A DNA stretch of 64,000 nt from Thermodesulfovibrionales bacterium (GTDB lineage: Bacteria > Nitrospirota > Thermodesulfovibrionia > Thermodesulfovibrionales > Dissulfurispiraceae): contig JAXLZK010000010.1 of the NCBI GenBank assembly GCA_046350935.1, positions 18,569 through 82,568 on the forward strand, written 5' to 3'. Numbering within the stretch: position 1 is the stretch's first letter; each line of letters begins with the position of its first letter. Shown piece after piece: positions 48,278 through 56,266 of this stretch. The notes beneath the pieces are model-generated. The model was not told the origin of the DNA. It saw nothing but the letters and a program-made list of their open reading frames with translations, and did no database searches. A program made the translations under genes and the position numbers.

Positions 48278-48475
48278 ATGCATCTACGGGTCGTTTACCA
48301 GAATGAAAAATACGACTACATCAAAGGTACGCTCCTCGACAGTCTCCTCAGGTCGAAAAAGATAAAAAAATTTTTTCGGCCTTCGCACGGCTGGGTCCTG
48401 GTGGGCCAGGATCCTCTCCGCGGTGCGGGCGGAACCTACACCGGTCCTGAACGAAGGGGAAGGGAAAGCTTTTAG
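48278..48475 (+). CDS. Small conserved hypothetical protein (resembles the Geobacter GSU3473-type small proteins, from memory)
   Basis: MHLRVVYQNEKYDYIKGTLLDSLLRSKKIKKFFRPSHGWVLVGQDPLRGAGGTYTGPERR is 65 aa. I recall this pattern (..V.Y.N..YD.VK...LD.L....KI..F.R..GW..VG.DP.R....Y.GPERR) from small deltaproteobacterial proteins. No search was run to verify this. Confidence 0.45.
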   Translation: MHLRVVYQNEKYDYIKGTLLDSLLRSKKIKKFFRPSHGWVLVGQDPLRGAGGTYTGPERRGRESF

Positions 48476-48626
48476 GGTGTGCAGGCGGATTGTGTTTGCG
48501 GCGAGGCCGGGCGCCCGGCACACGGACAGGGCGACCGCAGCAGAACAGTCTTTCTGCATATCCTGACGGCACGGTACTTGCTCCTTTTACCGTCCTGTAT
48601 CCGACACCCTGAAAGGGAGGTATGCT

Positions 48627-49256
48627 ATGGAAAGAGGGGATATCATGTTCTTCATCAGGTATGGATCGCGTCTCCTGCGCAGCAGGTCTCTCCGCTCCGT
48701 CCTCTCCAGGCTCCTCGCCGCTGCATCGGGAATACATGCCGCCTTTGCAGGAAACGCACGCATTCTTCCTTCCCCCGGACCGCGTCGCGCCCTCGGGGCG
48801 CTTTTCCTCACCGTCGCACTGCTCATCGGCGCGGCCGCGGGGACAGGGAAGGGGAAAATGCCTTTCCCAGACGGGAAGCAAACACTTGCTGCAGGAGTGA
48901 CGAATGAGGCCGGGCAAAAGTCCCTCAGTGAGCGGCTCGAGGAGTACGTGTTCGACAGGATAGGGGAATTCACCGCGTACAACCCTGTTCCCGCCCAGAC
49001 CGGCCCCCTCCCCTTCCTGATGGCGTCGGGCAAATACGTGTACGAGAAAGCCCTTGCCTGTCCAGAAAAATACACCTTCGGCACGAAGATCCACATCGAC
49101 GGACTCGGTGTTTACATTTGCGAGGATAGAATGGCCCAACGCTTCCGCAATAAGGAGAATTTCGATATCCTCATGTTTTCTGTGGACGAAGCGAAAAAAT
49201 TCGGGAGGCGGCTGCTGAAATTCAGGATCGTCCCGGAAGCCGCCGCTGCCCGCTGA
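48627..49256 (+). CDS. 3D-domain (MltA/RlpA-like double-psi barrel) secreted protein
   Basis: An N-terminal hydrophobic signal is followed by EFTAYNPVPAQTGPLPFLMASGKYVYEKALACPEKYTFGTKIHIDGLGVYICEDRMAQRF..FDILMFSVDEAKKFGRRLLKFRIV. This is the typical 3D-domain layout. Confidence 0.6.
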   Translation: MERGDIMFFIRYGSRLLRSRSLRSVLSRLLAAASGIHAAFAGNARILPSPGPRRALGALFLTVALLIGAAAGTGKGKMPFPDGKQTLAAGVTNEAGQKSLSERLEEYVFDRIGEFTAYNPVPAQTGPLPFLMASGKYVYEKALACPEKYTFGTKIHIDGLGVYICEDRMAQRFRNKENFDILMFSVDEAKKFGRRLLKFRIVPEAAAAR

Positions 49257-49292
49257 AAGAATACCGGAGGCCGGAGTGCGTACCGGGCGGCA

Positions 49293-49532
49293 TCAGGGGT
49301 GGCGCCGTGCGATTTCCTGCTTCCGCCCGGTCCATTCCCTGATCTTCTCCTGTATGCCCTCGCCTTCTTCCTTCAGGCTGTCGGCCTTGTCGGCAACCAC
49401 GTTGATAAGGGCCTGAAGGAACGTCCCTGCATCTCCGCTCAGCGAGCGCAGAAATCCGCCTCCTCCGCTCGCCAGCGCGAAAATAATGAACAGCACCCAT
49501 ACGACAAGAAACTTCCTCGCGATCCTTCCCAT
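49293..49532 (-). CDS. Hypothetical small membrane protein
   Basis: From ATG 49532: MGRIARKFLVVWVLFIIFALASGGGGF.. (one TM segment), then a charged tail. The track ORF extends to 49607. Confidence 0.4.
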   Translation of the reverse strand: MGRIARKFLVVWVLFIIFALASGGGGFLRSLSGDAGTFLQALINVVADKADSLKEEGEGIQEKIREWTGRKQEIARRHP

Positions 49533-49705
49533 ACTCTCTCTCCCCGAAAATCCGCCTTTGCATAATTCTACACGGCGGATGCGGAGGGAGTGGGTGATGC
49601 AGATCACACTTCAGCGCTTTTTCGAGGCACGTATTCATTGCGGCCAGGGGCGAACGCCGAGGAGGGGCGGCAGAAGACGCCGGAAAGAGCACCCGGCAGG
49701 GCCGG

Positions 49706-50503
49706 TCAGGAAAAGAAAGGCGGCTTCAGGAGGATGTTCCTGCTCTCCAGGATTTCGATCTTCCCCTCCCTGATGAGCGTGCTCAGAATGCGGGTCACCG
49801 TCTCCCGTGAGACCGAGGCGTATCCGGCGATATCCTGGTGGGTAAGTTTCACGGTAAGAATGGTGCCCCGCCCGTCTTGCGCGCTATGCTGCAGGCTCAC
49901 CATTTTGAGCACCGCTCTCACCCTCTGCGCCGCTTCGGGCAGACTCAGCACTTTGAGCACCATCCAGGACTCTCTCAGGCGGGCGCAGAGCAGGGAGATC
50001 AACTGTTCGCAGGCCTTTCTGCTCTGCAGGAGGTACCCCTGGAAATCACCCCGCGAGATGAGCACGATCTCGGAATCCTCCATGGCCACCACCGAGGCGG
50101 GAGCGGTCTTCCCGTCGAGAAGCGCCATCTCCCCGAAAAAGTCCCCTCTCTTATGGATCGCAAGGATGTGCTCTTTGCCGTCGGGACTGAAGTGGACCGC
50201 CTTCACCTTGCCGGAGAGGATTATGTACATATACTGATAGGTGTCCTCTTCGGACAGGATCACCTTGCCCTTCGGGAAGCGCCTTTCATGGCAGATATGC
50301 CGCAGCGCTCCGAACTCATCGTCTGAAAGACAGGCGAAAAGAGGAGTTGTCCTTACCAGCCTCTCATTGCGCGCCTCCCTGCTTCTTGACAGAAAGCGTT
50401 CTTTAGGAGAAACGGCAGAGGAAGGAGAAAGAGAGAGAGCACGTTTCATCCTGCGGTCGTCCGCCCTGTGCATGATCCTCCTCCTCTCTCTCCCGGGATA
50501 CAC
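49706..50503 (-). CDS. Crp/Fnr-family transcriptional regulator
   Basis: The cNMP-binding domain is FPKGKVILSEEDTYQYMYIILSGKVKAVHFSPDGKEHILAIHKRGDFFGEMALLDG. The C-terminal HTH is LTHQDIAGYASVSRETVTRILSTLIREGKI. The start is uncertain among 50503, 50473 and 50446. Confidence 0.85.
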   Translation of the reverse strand: MYPGRERRRIMHRADDRRMKRALSLSPSSAVSPKERFLSRSREARNERLVRTTPLFACLSDDEFGALRHICHERRFPKGKVILSEEDTYQYMYIILSGKVKAVHFSPDGKEHILAIHKRGDFFGEMALLDGKTAPASVVAMEDSEIVLISRGDFQGYLLQSRKACEQLISLLCARLRESWMVLKVLSLPEAAQRVRAVLKMVSLQHSAQDGRGTILTVKLTHQDIAGYASVSRETVTRILSTLIREGKIEILESRNILLKPPFFS

Positions 50504-50579
50504 ACCGCTTCACCGCCGCCGCCTCACCGCGTGGAGCAGCGGTCTCGCTCCGAAGACCTCAGGCTACATACCTTAGCGC

Positions 50580-50590
50580 ATTATATCACA
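50580..50590 (-). promoter_or_regulatory. Candidate extended -10 promoter for the Crp/Fnr gene
   Basis: The minus strand reads TGTGATATAAT (TGn + TATAAT), about 75 nt upstream of the first possible start. The -35 is weak (TTCTCC). Confidence 0.35.
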
Positions 50591-50874
50591 TTTCAGTGCA
50601 GCAGGAGAAAACAGTGCCGGCGGCGAAAGGGGGGGGAGCGGTCAGGTTTTACGGGGAGAGAGAAACCTGACCGCCGCCGGAGAGGTATAGTGCCCGTAGA
50701 GTAAATGTTTTTCCCCGGAAGGGGAAAGGGAAAATTCACCTCACGGCGGGCGGCGGCAGAACCACTTCTCGATGCAGGGTAAAGCGGGGCGTTCCGGCCG
50801 GTGTCACCGCTTGCCCCGGCCCGGCCGGAATGACGACCTCCCCGCCGGGCCGACGATGCCCAGCGTGGAGGTGC

Positions 50875-51735
50875 TCATATCTCAATCCTGAATTCCGCTC
50901 CCTCCCCGGAATTCCGCGCGGTGAGCCTCTCTTGCATATTTTTCTCTATAATGGTTTTGGCTATATAGAGCCCGATTCCCGTCCCCTTGCCCGGGTCCTT
51001 CGTGGTGAAGTAGGGATCGAAAATCCTCTCCCGGATTGCCTCAGGAATGCCTCCCGCGTTATCCCGTATGCTGACAACAGCTTTGCCGCTGCTTTCGGAG
51101 ACTTCCACGGATATCTTTCCGGAGTCGCTCTTTGAGAACCGGCCCTTCGCCACCGCCTCCAGGATAGCGTCCTTCCACCCTTCTTCGTTCGTCAAAAACA
51201 GGAACGCACACCGCGACCGCCAGGGGCCTGTTTCCTACGATGAGCTTGAAAACCGTGGAAACATAAGGGCTCCAGGTGAGGCTGGTCCCTTTATACCAGT
51301 CACGATCCGATAAGTCCTTTCCGAGAGCTTCGGGAAATTCAGGATAGTTTGCCCAGAGAACGCCTCTCTCGTCGGTGATAAACGACAGATCCATCTCCCC
51401 GTTTTTTTCTTGAGATCAGCCATATGCGTACGAGCCCGGGCAACATCCTTTTTTTGCACTGCAGCGACGAACGCGGAACGGGAGGCATATGACTCAAGGA
51501 TCCCTATGGTTGCTTTTTCATGCTCCCTGAGGAGCTCAGCGAAGATGTCTGCTGCGGTTCTGTCGGAGAGAAGGGCATTGTCCAGGGCGGTCCTGAACCG
51601 TTCGCACTCTATCAAGGCCGTTCCTCCCGCAATCAGGAGAAACAGCCCGATCAGTATGCTTGCCACCACAGAGCGCGGTGCACTCCCCTCTCCCGCCAAA
51701 GGAGCCTCTTTCATGTGGACAGACCTGTCTTTCAA
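50875..51735 (-). pseudogene. Sensor histidine-kinase remnant. It keeps a TM segment, a periplasmic Cache-like sensor and the HATPase_c C-terminal half. The HisKA/H-box region is missing and there are two frame changes.
   Basis: - The TM segment and sensor start are in ORF 51235..51735.
- MDLSFITDERGVLWANYPEFPEALGKDLSDRDWYKGTS..AVAVCVPVFDE is in ORF 51059..51394.
- ..EGWKDAILEAVAKG..ISVEVSESSGKAVVSIRDNAGGIPEAIRERIFDPYFTTKDPGKGTGIGLYIAKTIIE.. is in ORF 50875..51195.
- No H-box or second TM segment appears in any frame. Confidence 0.5.
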
Positions 51736-51922
51736 AATGCGCCCCTCACCGCTGATGCGTCGTGGCAGCTCCTATGATAAACTATTACGAGAACGGGGTT
51801 GGAGGGCGATGCCGGCCGGTCAGGGCAGAGCGGGAAACAAAGGTAAAGGTAAGGGAATGCACGAACTGCGTATTTATTGCGTAGTCAGGCAGGAAGCTAA
51901 AAGAGAGTAAAAGGTAAGTTGC

Positions 51923-51977
51923 TGAAATAAAGAGTGGAGCTGAACGGGATCGAACCGTCGACCTCTTGAATGCCATT
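51923..51977. repeat. Left direct repeat of the integrated element: displaced 3' part of tRNA-Ala plus about 12 nt of flank
   Basis: TGAAATAAAGAG-TGGAGCTGAACGGGATCGAACCGTCGACCTCTTGAATGCCATT matches 59189-59244 except for one A in a homopolymer. It covers tRNA positions ~33-73, from the anticodon loop to the 3' end. Confidence 0.9.
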
Positions 51978-52135
51978 TACCTACATGTATCCCCTGTATT
52001 TTGTCCCCTGTCTCATCTTATTTGCTCTTATCTGTTTCTTCTAGTCCTTACTGATAAATTGTTCCTTCATATTATCCCTTGTTTTACCTTATCAAGTATA
52101 CAAAAACTATACACAACAAAAGGAGAACTAAAATG

Positions 52136-52161
52136 GAGGGCTTCGGCCCTCTCTCTTTTTT
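52136..52161 (+). terminator. Rho-independent terminator-like hairpin at the left edge of the element
   Basis: GAGGGC-TTCG-GCCCTC followed by TCTCTTTTTTG. It overlaps a 19-codon mini-ORF (MEGFGPLSFLLTLGTKCLE) that has an AAGGAG SD. Confidence 0.5.
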
Positions 52162-52162
52162 G

Positions 52163-52190
52163 TTGACTCTTGGGACAAAATGCTTAGAAT
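52163..52190 (+). promoter_or_regulatory. Candidate sigma-70 promoter of the cargo operon
   Basis: TTGACT (52163-68), a 16-nt spacer, then TAGAAT (52185-90). It lies 25 nt upstream of ATG 52216, which has an AGGAGG SD. Confidence 0.5.
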
Positions 52191-52215
52191 AGGTGAAAAC
52201 ACTCAGGAGGTTGCC

Positions 52216-52668
52216 ATGATGAAAGGACTGATTACACTTCTACTATGCTGTATGCCTGTTGTCGCTTTTGGGTTTGATTTGGAGACACTGGACGACGACT
52301 TTGATCCTAGGGATTTAAGGAATTACAAAGGGGCAACACTGGCAGTCTGCAATATAACTGATACCAAGGGAAAGATGGTCACTACTGCCAAAAAAGGGGA
52401 TACCATTACCTTTGCAAACTACTTTATTAAGACGGATTCCGAGCTTGTTGATTATGACGTTGATATAAGTTATCCCACTTCTAACTCAGGAAAATTCAAC
52501 ATGACAGCTAACTACAAAGGACAGTTGTATATAACAGGCAGTAGTAAGATCCAAATTGTTGCTCTATATTTTGTAATCCCAAATAGTTCCTATTCTTCAG
52601 GAACATTGACTGTGACGGCAACTGTTTCCTCATTCGGAACGTGTTCAAAAAGCATTACTGTAAATTAA
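52216..52668 (+). CDS. Cargo gene 1: small secreted protein of unknown function
   Basis: The signal peptide is MMKGLITLLLCCMPVVAFG. About 130 aa of beta-rich, Ser/Thr/Asn-rich sequence follow. I recognise no family. The track ORF starts at 52180. Confidence 0.6.
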   Translation: MMKGLITLLLCCMPVVAFGFDLETLDDDFDPRDLRNYKGATLAVCNITDTKGKMVTTAKKGDTITFANYFIKTDSELVDYDVDISYPTSNSGKFNMTANYKGQLYITGSSKIQIVALYFVIPNSSYSSGTLTVTATVSSFGTCSKSITVN

Positions 52669-52682
52669 TAGGAGGGGATTCC

Positions 52683-53108
52683 ATGAAAAAAGGGGTATCG
52701 GCAGTTCTAATTCTCTTTTTCTTATCTGCATGTGCAACAAGTCCTGACAGCATCCAGAGCGCGTATGTTTCTCCATTGCAGTACAAAGGATATGACTGTG
52801 ACCAGATCATTGAAGAATCCTCGCGCGTGGCCCGAAGAGTAGGCGAGCTGAATGGAAGCCTTACTAGAAAGGCAAGTAATGATGCCGTAGCCACAGGCGT
52901 AGGACTGGTATTGTTCTGGCCTGCTCTTTTATTTATTAAAGGGAACGGGCCTGAAGCGCAAGAATTTGCCCGAATGAAAGGTGAATATGAGGCATTAGAG
53001 AAAACTGCCATAGAGAGGAAGTGCAATACCGCAATGATGCCCAAAATACAATTGCAGCAGCCTGAGCAAGAAAAAGTAAACATCTCTAGTACAGTACCAG
53101 GTATTTAG
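52683..53108 (+). CDS. Cargo gene 2: lipoprotein of unknown function
   Basis: ATG 52683 is preceded by a GGAGGGG SD. The lipobox is VLILFFLSAC. The pattern YVSPLQYKGYDCDQI..GVGLVLFWPALLFIKGNGPEAQEFARMKGEYEALEKTAIERKC matches a widespread uncharacterised lipoprotein family, as far as I remember. Confidence 0.6.
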   Translation: MKKGVSAVLILFFLSACATSPDSIQSAYVSPLQYKGYDCDQIIEESSRVARRVGELNGSLTRKASNDAVATGVGLVLFWPALLFIKGNGPEAQEFARMKGEYEALEKTAIERKCNTAMMPKIQLQQPEQEKVNISSTVPGI

Positions 53109-53227
53109 ACGAGTTTCTATCCTATAAAAAGAGAGAATTACAGGGGATAGGGTAGCTCCCGAAAAGCCGCACTCCGCGGCCTTCCCCTGATCAATTCCGG
53201 AGAACCACGTCGGAGAGGTGGAACGAA

Positions 53228-54235
53228 ATGGAAAAGATTTTTGCCCGCAAGAAGGATTTAATCATAAGAGACCCCGTATACAGGAGTGCTAATAAATTGC
53301 TCGCTAAGATAGTTGCTGCACGGTGTGAGAACGGAGAGAACATTTTAGCACCGCACGCTACGTACGATCCTATTTTTGATGAAATAGGAAGATATTATGC
53401 TACTTCCTTTTGTCCCGATAAAATCCGGGACCAGCATGAAAAAGAGCATCCTGATTATTGGGAGCTTTTTCGGCTAACCGGAGAGATAGGCAGTAAGTGG
53501 CGTGTGCATGTGGAGATCAACTTTGCAGAAAAGGAGATATCTGTTGCGCCATACACCCATGACGAAGCAATATGGGTGGGATGCCCTCCTTTTGATAAGT
53601 ACGCAACGCATAACGCCTCTGTCCACTATCCTCAATTAAAATGGACTCCATACCCCAATCCTTTCAACAAGCCACCAATTTTGGCAGATATCAACGAATT
53701 TACCACTCCAGGGTACAAATGTCCAGGGAACTGGATACCAATTTTAATTAATGCCTCCCGACTGAATTATCAGGACGCTAAAGAGATAAAAAAGCGAATA
53801 TGGGAGTTTGTTGAGAAGCGTTTGACTAAAGGTAAAGACACGTCCCCGGAGCATGAATACCTGGAATGCGCTTTCCTGTACAGCACAAAGGAGAGTACCT
53901 TTAAAAATTATTTGCGATGGTATGATCTTCATGTCAATGAAAAGATAAGTATTCGCTTGATTGCTCACATTGAAAGCAATCCGGGGAAGGCAATAGAAAC
54001 CCTGCAACGACTTAATCACGGCAAAATAAAATGGGGCCTTACCATCGCCGGAGAGGATAAGATTCAAAAAGGGGTAGCCAAGGTCTTTAAAGCAATTCAC
54101 CGGAAAGACTATACAAAAGAGGATGTGATGGAAGAATATAATTGCCCGTCTCATGGAAGTAATTGTCCTCAAAAATGTTCCTACCTGAAGGAATGGGAGG
54201 GAAAGTTCAACCGACTATTTCCAAGTAATATTTAA
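53228..54235 (+). CDS. Cargo gene 3: 335-aa cytoplasmic protein of unknown function
   Basis: Intact ORF with AT-rich codon usage like the rest of the element. There is a possible HTH-like segment (YLRWYDLHVNEKISIRLIAHIE). A C-terminal Cys/His cluster reads NCPSHGSNCPQKCSY. I recognise no family. Confidence 0.55.
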   Translation: MEKIFARKKDLIIRDPVYRSANKLLAKIVAARCENGENILAPHATYDPIFDEIGRYYATSFCPDKIRDQHEKEHPDYWELFRLTGEIGSKWRVHVEINFAEKEISVAPYTHDEAIWVGCPPFDKYATHNASVHYPQLKWTPYPNPFNKPPILADINEFTTPGYKCPGNWIPILINASRLNYQDAKEIKKRIWEFVEKRLTKGKDTSPEHEYLECAFLYSTKESTFKNYLRWYDLHVNEKISIRLIAHIESNPGKAIETLQRLNHGKIKWGLTIAGEDKIQKGVAKVFKAIHRKDYTKEDVMEEYNCPSHGSNCPQKCSYLKEWEGKFNRLFPSNI

Positions 54236-54344
54236 AAGCCCCTGAATTAAAAAGAGAATAAAAGCACCCCCTCTTTTTTTCGGATTTTTCGTAGGTAGGA
54301 GAGCCTGGCTCTCCTGCGAAACGAAACCCGAGAAGGAGAGTGGA

Positions 54345-54599
54345 ATGAAGGAAAAACAGTTTCATACCGGTGATGTCTATGTCGCCGCCGCCGTAACCCT
54401 CCAGATTGGCAAGCCGCCAGAGTTCAAGACAGAGAAACAGAAGGTCCTTTTTGTTTTCCCTATCAGCGATGAGCTGCATAAGGCACTTAACGCATTCAGC
54501 AGTGGTGTCTCACTCAATGCCTATGAATTCGCTCAGATGATTAAGCGCTTGCGCGCCGAAATGCTGATGAGGAAGGGACAGGCAGGGAGTACGAAATGA
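54345..54599 (+). CDS. Small protein, DUF5659-like (from memory)
   Basis: The 84-aa sequence ..TGDVYVAAAVTLQIGKPPEFKTEKQKVLFVFPISDELHKALNAFSSGVSLNAYEFAQMIKRLRAEM resembles small proteins found next to replication genes of phage and islands. Its stop overlaps the next ATG (ATGA). Confidence 0.4.
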   Translation: MKEKQFHTGDVYVAAAVTLQIGKPPEFKTEKQKVLFVFPISDELHKALNAFSSGVSLNAYEFAQMIKRLRAEMLMRKGQAGSTK

Positions 54600-55123
54600 T
54601 AAAGCCGGACCTATCGCAGGTGATCGAATCCGAGGGAATAATCCTCCGACAGCGTGGTAAGGACTTCTGGGCCTGTTGCCCTCTCCACGGAGAAAAAACC
54701 CCTAGCTTCAAGGTTGACCCAGACCGGCAGACATTCTATTGCTTCGGTTGCCATGAGCACGGGGACGTGATTTCTTTTATCCAGAAACATAGGGGTCTTT
54801 CTTTCAAAGATGCAATCCGCTACCTGGGCATGACCACCGGACCCCTCACACCGTCCCGCCGGGCAGAGATCGAGCTGCAACGCCGGAAGAGGGAAGCGAC
54901 ACAAGAGTTCCGGGCCTGGGTAGACGAATACCATCGAGAGTTGTGCTCGCTGTATCGCTGCTTACAGACAGCCAAAAGAAAAGCCCGAACCCCGGAAGAG
55001 GTGGAGAGGATAGCACCTTCGTATCACAAAGAAACCGAATGGATTCGGCGGCTGGACATTCTGGAATCCGGCAGCGATGAGGAGAAATTCAGGTTATGGA
55101 AAGAGGTGAAGACGGATGAGTGA
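54596..55123 (+). CDS. CHC2 zinc-finger (DnaG-type primase N-terminal) protein, no TOPRIM domain
   Basis: FWACCPLHGEKTPSFKVDPDRQTFYCFGCHEHGDVISFIQKHRGLSFKDAIRYL is a canonical zf-CHC2. The protein is only 175 aa. Confidence 0.8.
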   Translation: MIKPDLSQVIESEGIILRQRGKDFWACCPLHGEKTPSFKVDPDRQTFYCFGCHEHGDVISFIQKHRGLSFKDAIRYLGMTTGPLTPSRRAEIELQRRKREATQEFRAWVDEYHRELCSLYRCLQTAKRKARTPEEVERIAPSYHKETEWIRRLDILESGSDEEKFRLWKEVKTDE

Positions 55124-56048
55124 TTTTGACCTGGGGAACCAGCTTCTGAAAGAGCAGCGCGGCTTAAAGGCAGTAAGCCTTACTGAGATTCTCGCCATGG
55201 AGTTTCCTCCAAGGGAGAACATTCTTTACCCATGGCTTCCTTCTCAGGGGCTTGCAATGCTTTACGGAACAAGAGGCACGGGGAAAACTCATGTTGCCCT
55301 GGGAATCGCCGTAGCTGTAGCGAGTGGGGGGAGCTTTCTGAAGTGGACCGCCCCGAAACCGCGCGGTGTTCTTCTTCTTGACGGTGAGATGCCCGCCGTA
55401 ACGCTTCAGGAGCGGCTGAGCGCCATTATATGCAGTAGCGACAAAGAGCCGGTATCACCTCTTACTATCATCACACCTGACCTTCAGAAGGAGGGCATGC
55501 CAAATCTTGCACATTCAGACGACCAAGAAAATATTGAAGAGCACCTTAAAAATATTTCCCTTGTGATTGTCGACAACCTTTCCACTCTTTGCCGGTACGG
55601 GCGGGAGAATGAGGGAGAATCATGGCTACCAGTGCAGGAGTGGGCCTTACGTCTTCGTACCATGGGAATCAGCGTGCTTTTCATCCACCACGCAGGAAAG
55701 GGGGGACAGCAGCGCGGTACCAGCCGCAAAGAGGACGTGCTGGATACGGTCATTGCGCTGAAGAGACCCGCCGATTACCGGCCCGACGAGGGAGCCCGTT
55801 TTGAGGTCTACTTTGAAAAGGCCAGGGGAATCTATGGGGACGAGGTGAAACCCTTTGAAGCACGGCTTACCACCACACCGGAGGGCGCACAGATATGGAC
55901 CATGAAGGACCTGGAAGATTCTTTGACAGAACGCATTGCCGAAATGCTCAACGAGGGCATACCGCAGAGCGAGATACCGGAGTTCTTGGGCGTGGGGAAG
56001 GCGACGGTTTCAAGGCACAAGCAGAAGGCAAGGAACGAGGATTATTGA
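55116..56048 (+). CDS. RepA-like AAA/RecA-fold ATPase (AAA_25 type) with C-terminal HTH
   Basis: Walker A is LYGTRGTGKTHVALGIAVAVASG and Walker B is LVIVDNLSTL, followed by ISVLFIHHAGKGGQQRGTSRKEDVLDTVIAL. The terminal HTH is IPEFLGVGKATVSRHKQKA. It overlaps the upstream gene by 8 nt. Confidence 0.75.
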   Translation: MSDFDLGNQLLKEQRGLKAVSLTEILAMEFPPRENILYPWLPSQGLAMLYGTRGTGKTHVALGIAVAVASGGSFLKWTAPKPRGVLLLDGEMPAVTLQERLSAIICSSDKEPVSPLTIITPDLQKEGMPNLAHSDDQENIEEHLKNISLVIVDNLSTLCRYGRENEGESWLPVQEWALRLRTMGISVLFIHHAGKGGQQRGTSRKEDVLDTVIALKRPADYRPDEGARFEVYFEKARGIYGDEVKPFEARLTTTPEGAQIWTMKDLEDSLTERIAEMLNEGIPQSEIPEFLGVGKATVSRHKQKARNEDY

Positions 56049-56062
56049 AGGGGTAATGAGTT

Positions 56063-56266
56063 GTTCCGCTGTTCCACTCTCTAGGGAATGGAACGCGGAA
56101 CAAAACACAGGAAAACGAGAAACAAGGAGCGGAACACCATGGAACAGAACGGCATAAAAGCCTTAGCACTCAAGGTAATACAGCGGAACAACCAGCGGAA
56201 CATGAACGGAACAGAGGGCGAAATAGAGCGGAACAAAACGCATAATCACGGAACAGACCGCGGAAC
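56063..56266. repeat. Iteron array (candidate replication origin): at least 10 copies of (G)CGGAAC
   Basis: - Seven direct GCGGAAC copies begin at 56095, 56129, 56183, 56195, 56228 and 56260, plus CGGAAC at 56207.
- A further CGGAAC begins at 56249 and GGAAC at 56141.
- Two inverted copies (GTTCCGC and GTTCC) lie at 56063-56075.
- The array starts 15 nt after the RepA-like gene. Confidence 0.65.

Noticed and set aside
48480-48626. Possible riboswitch (for example cyclic-di-AMP/ydaO type) upstream of the 3D-domain gene.
   Set aside because: I could not find the conserved ydaO core motifs or a convincing pseudo-symmetric fold by eye. A covariance-model scan would be needed.
51785-51976. 63-aa minus-strand ORF, and likewise the 72-aa minus-strand ORF at 59170..59388.
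   Set aside because: Both are read through tRNA-Ala or its repeated fragment (..RSTVRSRSAPL.. and ..GERLNGIQEVDGSIPFSST..), so they are artefacts of translating tRNA sequence.
56088-56138. The first 17 codons of ORF 56088..56513 (MERGTKHRKTRNKERNT) as coding sequence.
   Set aside because: This stretch is part of the iteron array and has a poor SD. ATG 56139 has an AAGGAG SD. Whether any of the iteron-overlapping codons are translated remains open.
56063-56266. Possibility that the short repeats form a CRISPR array.
   Set aside because: The repeat units are only 6-7 nt with irregular spacing of 12-54 bp, and some are inverted. No cas genes are present. The arrangement fits iterons, not CRISPR.
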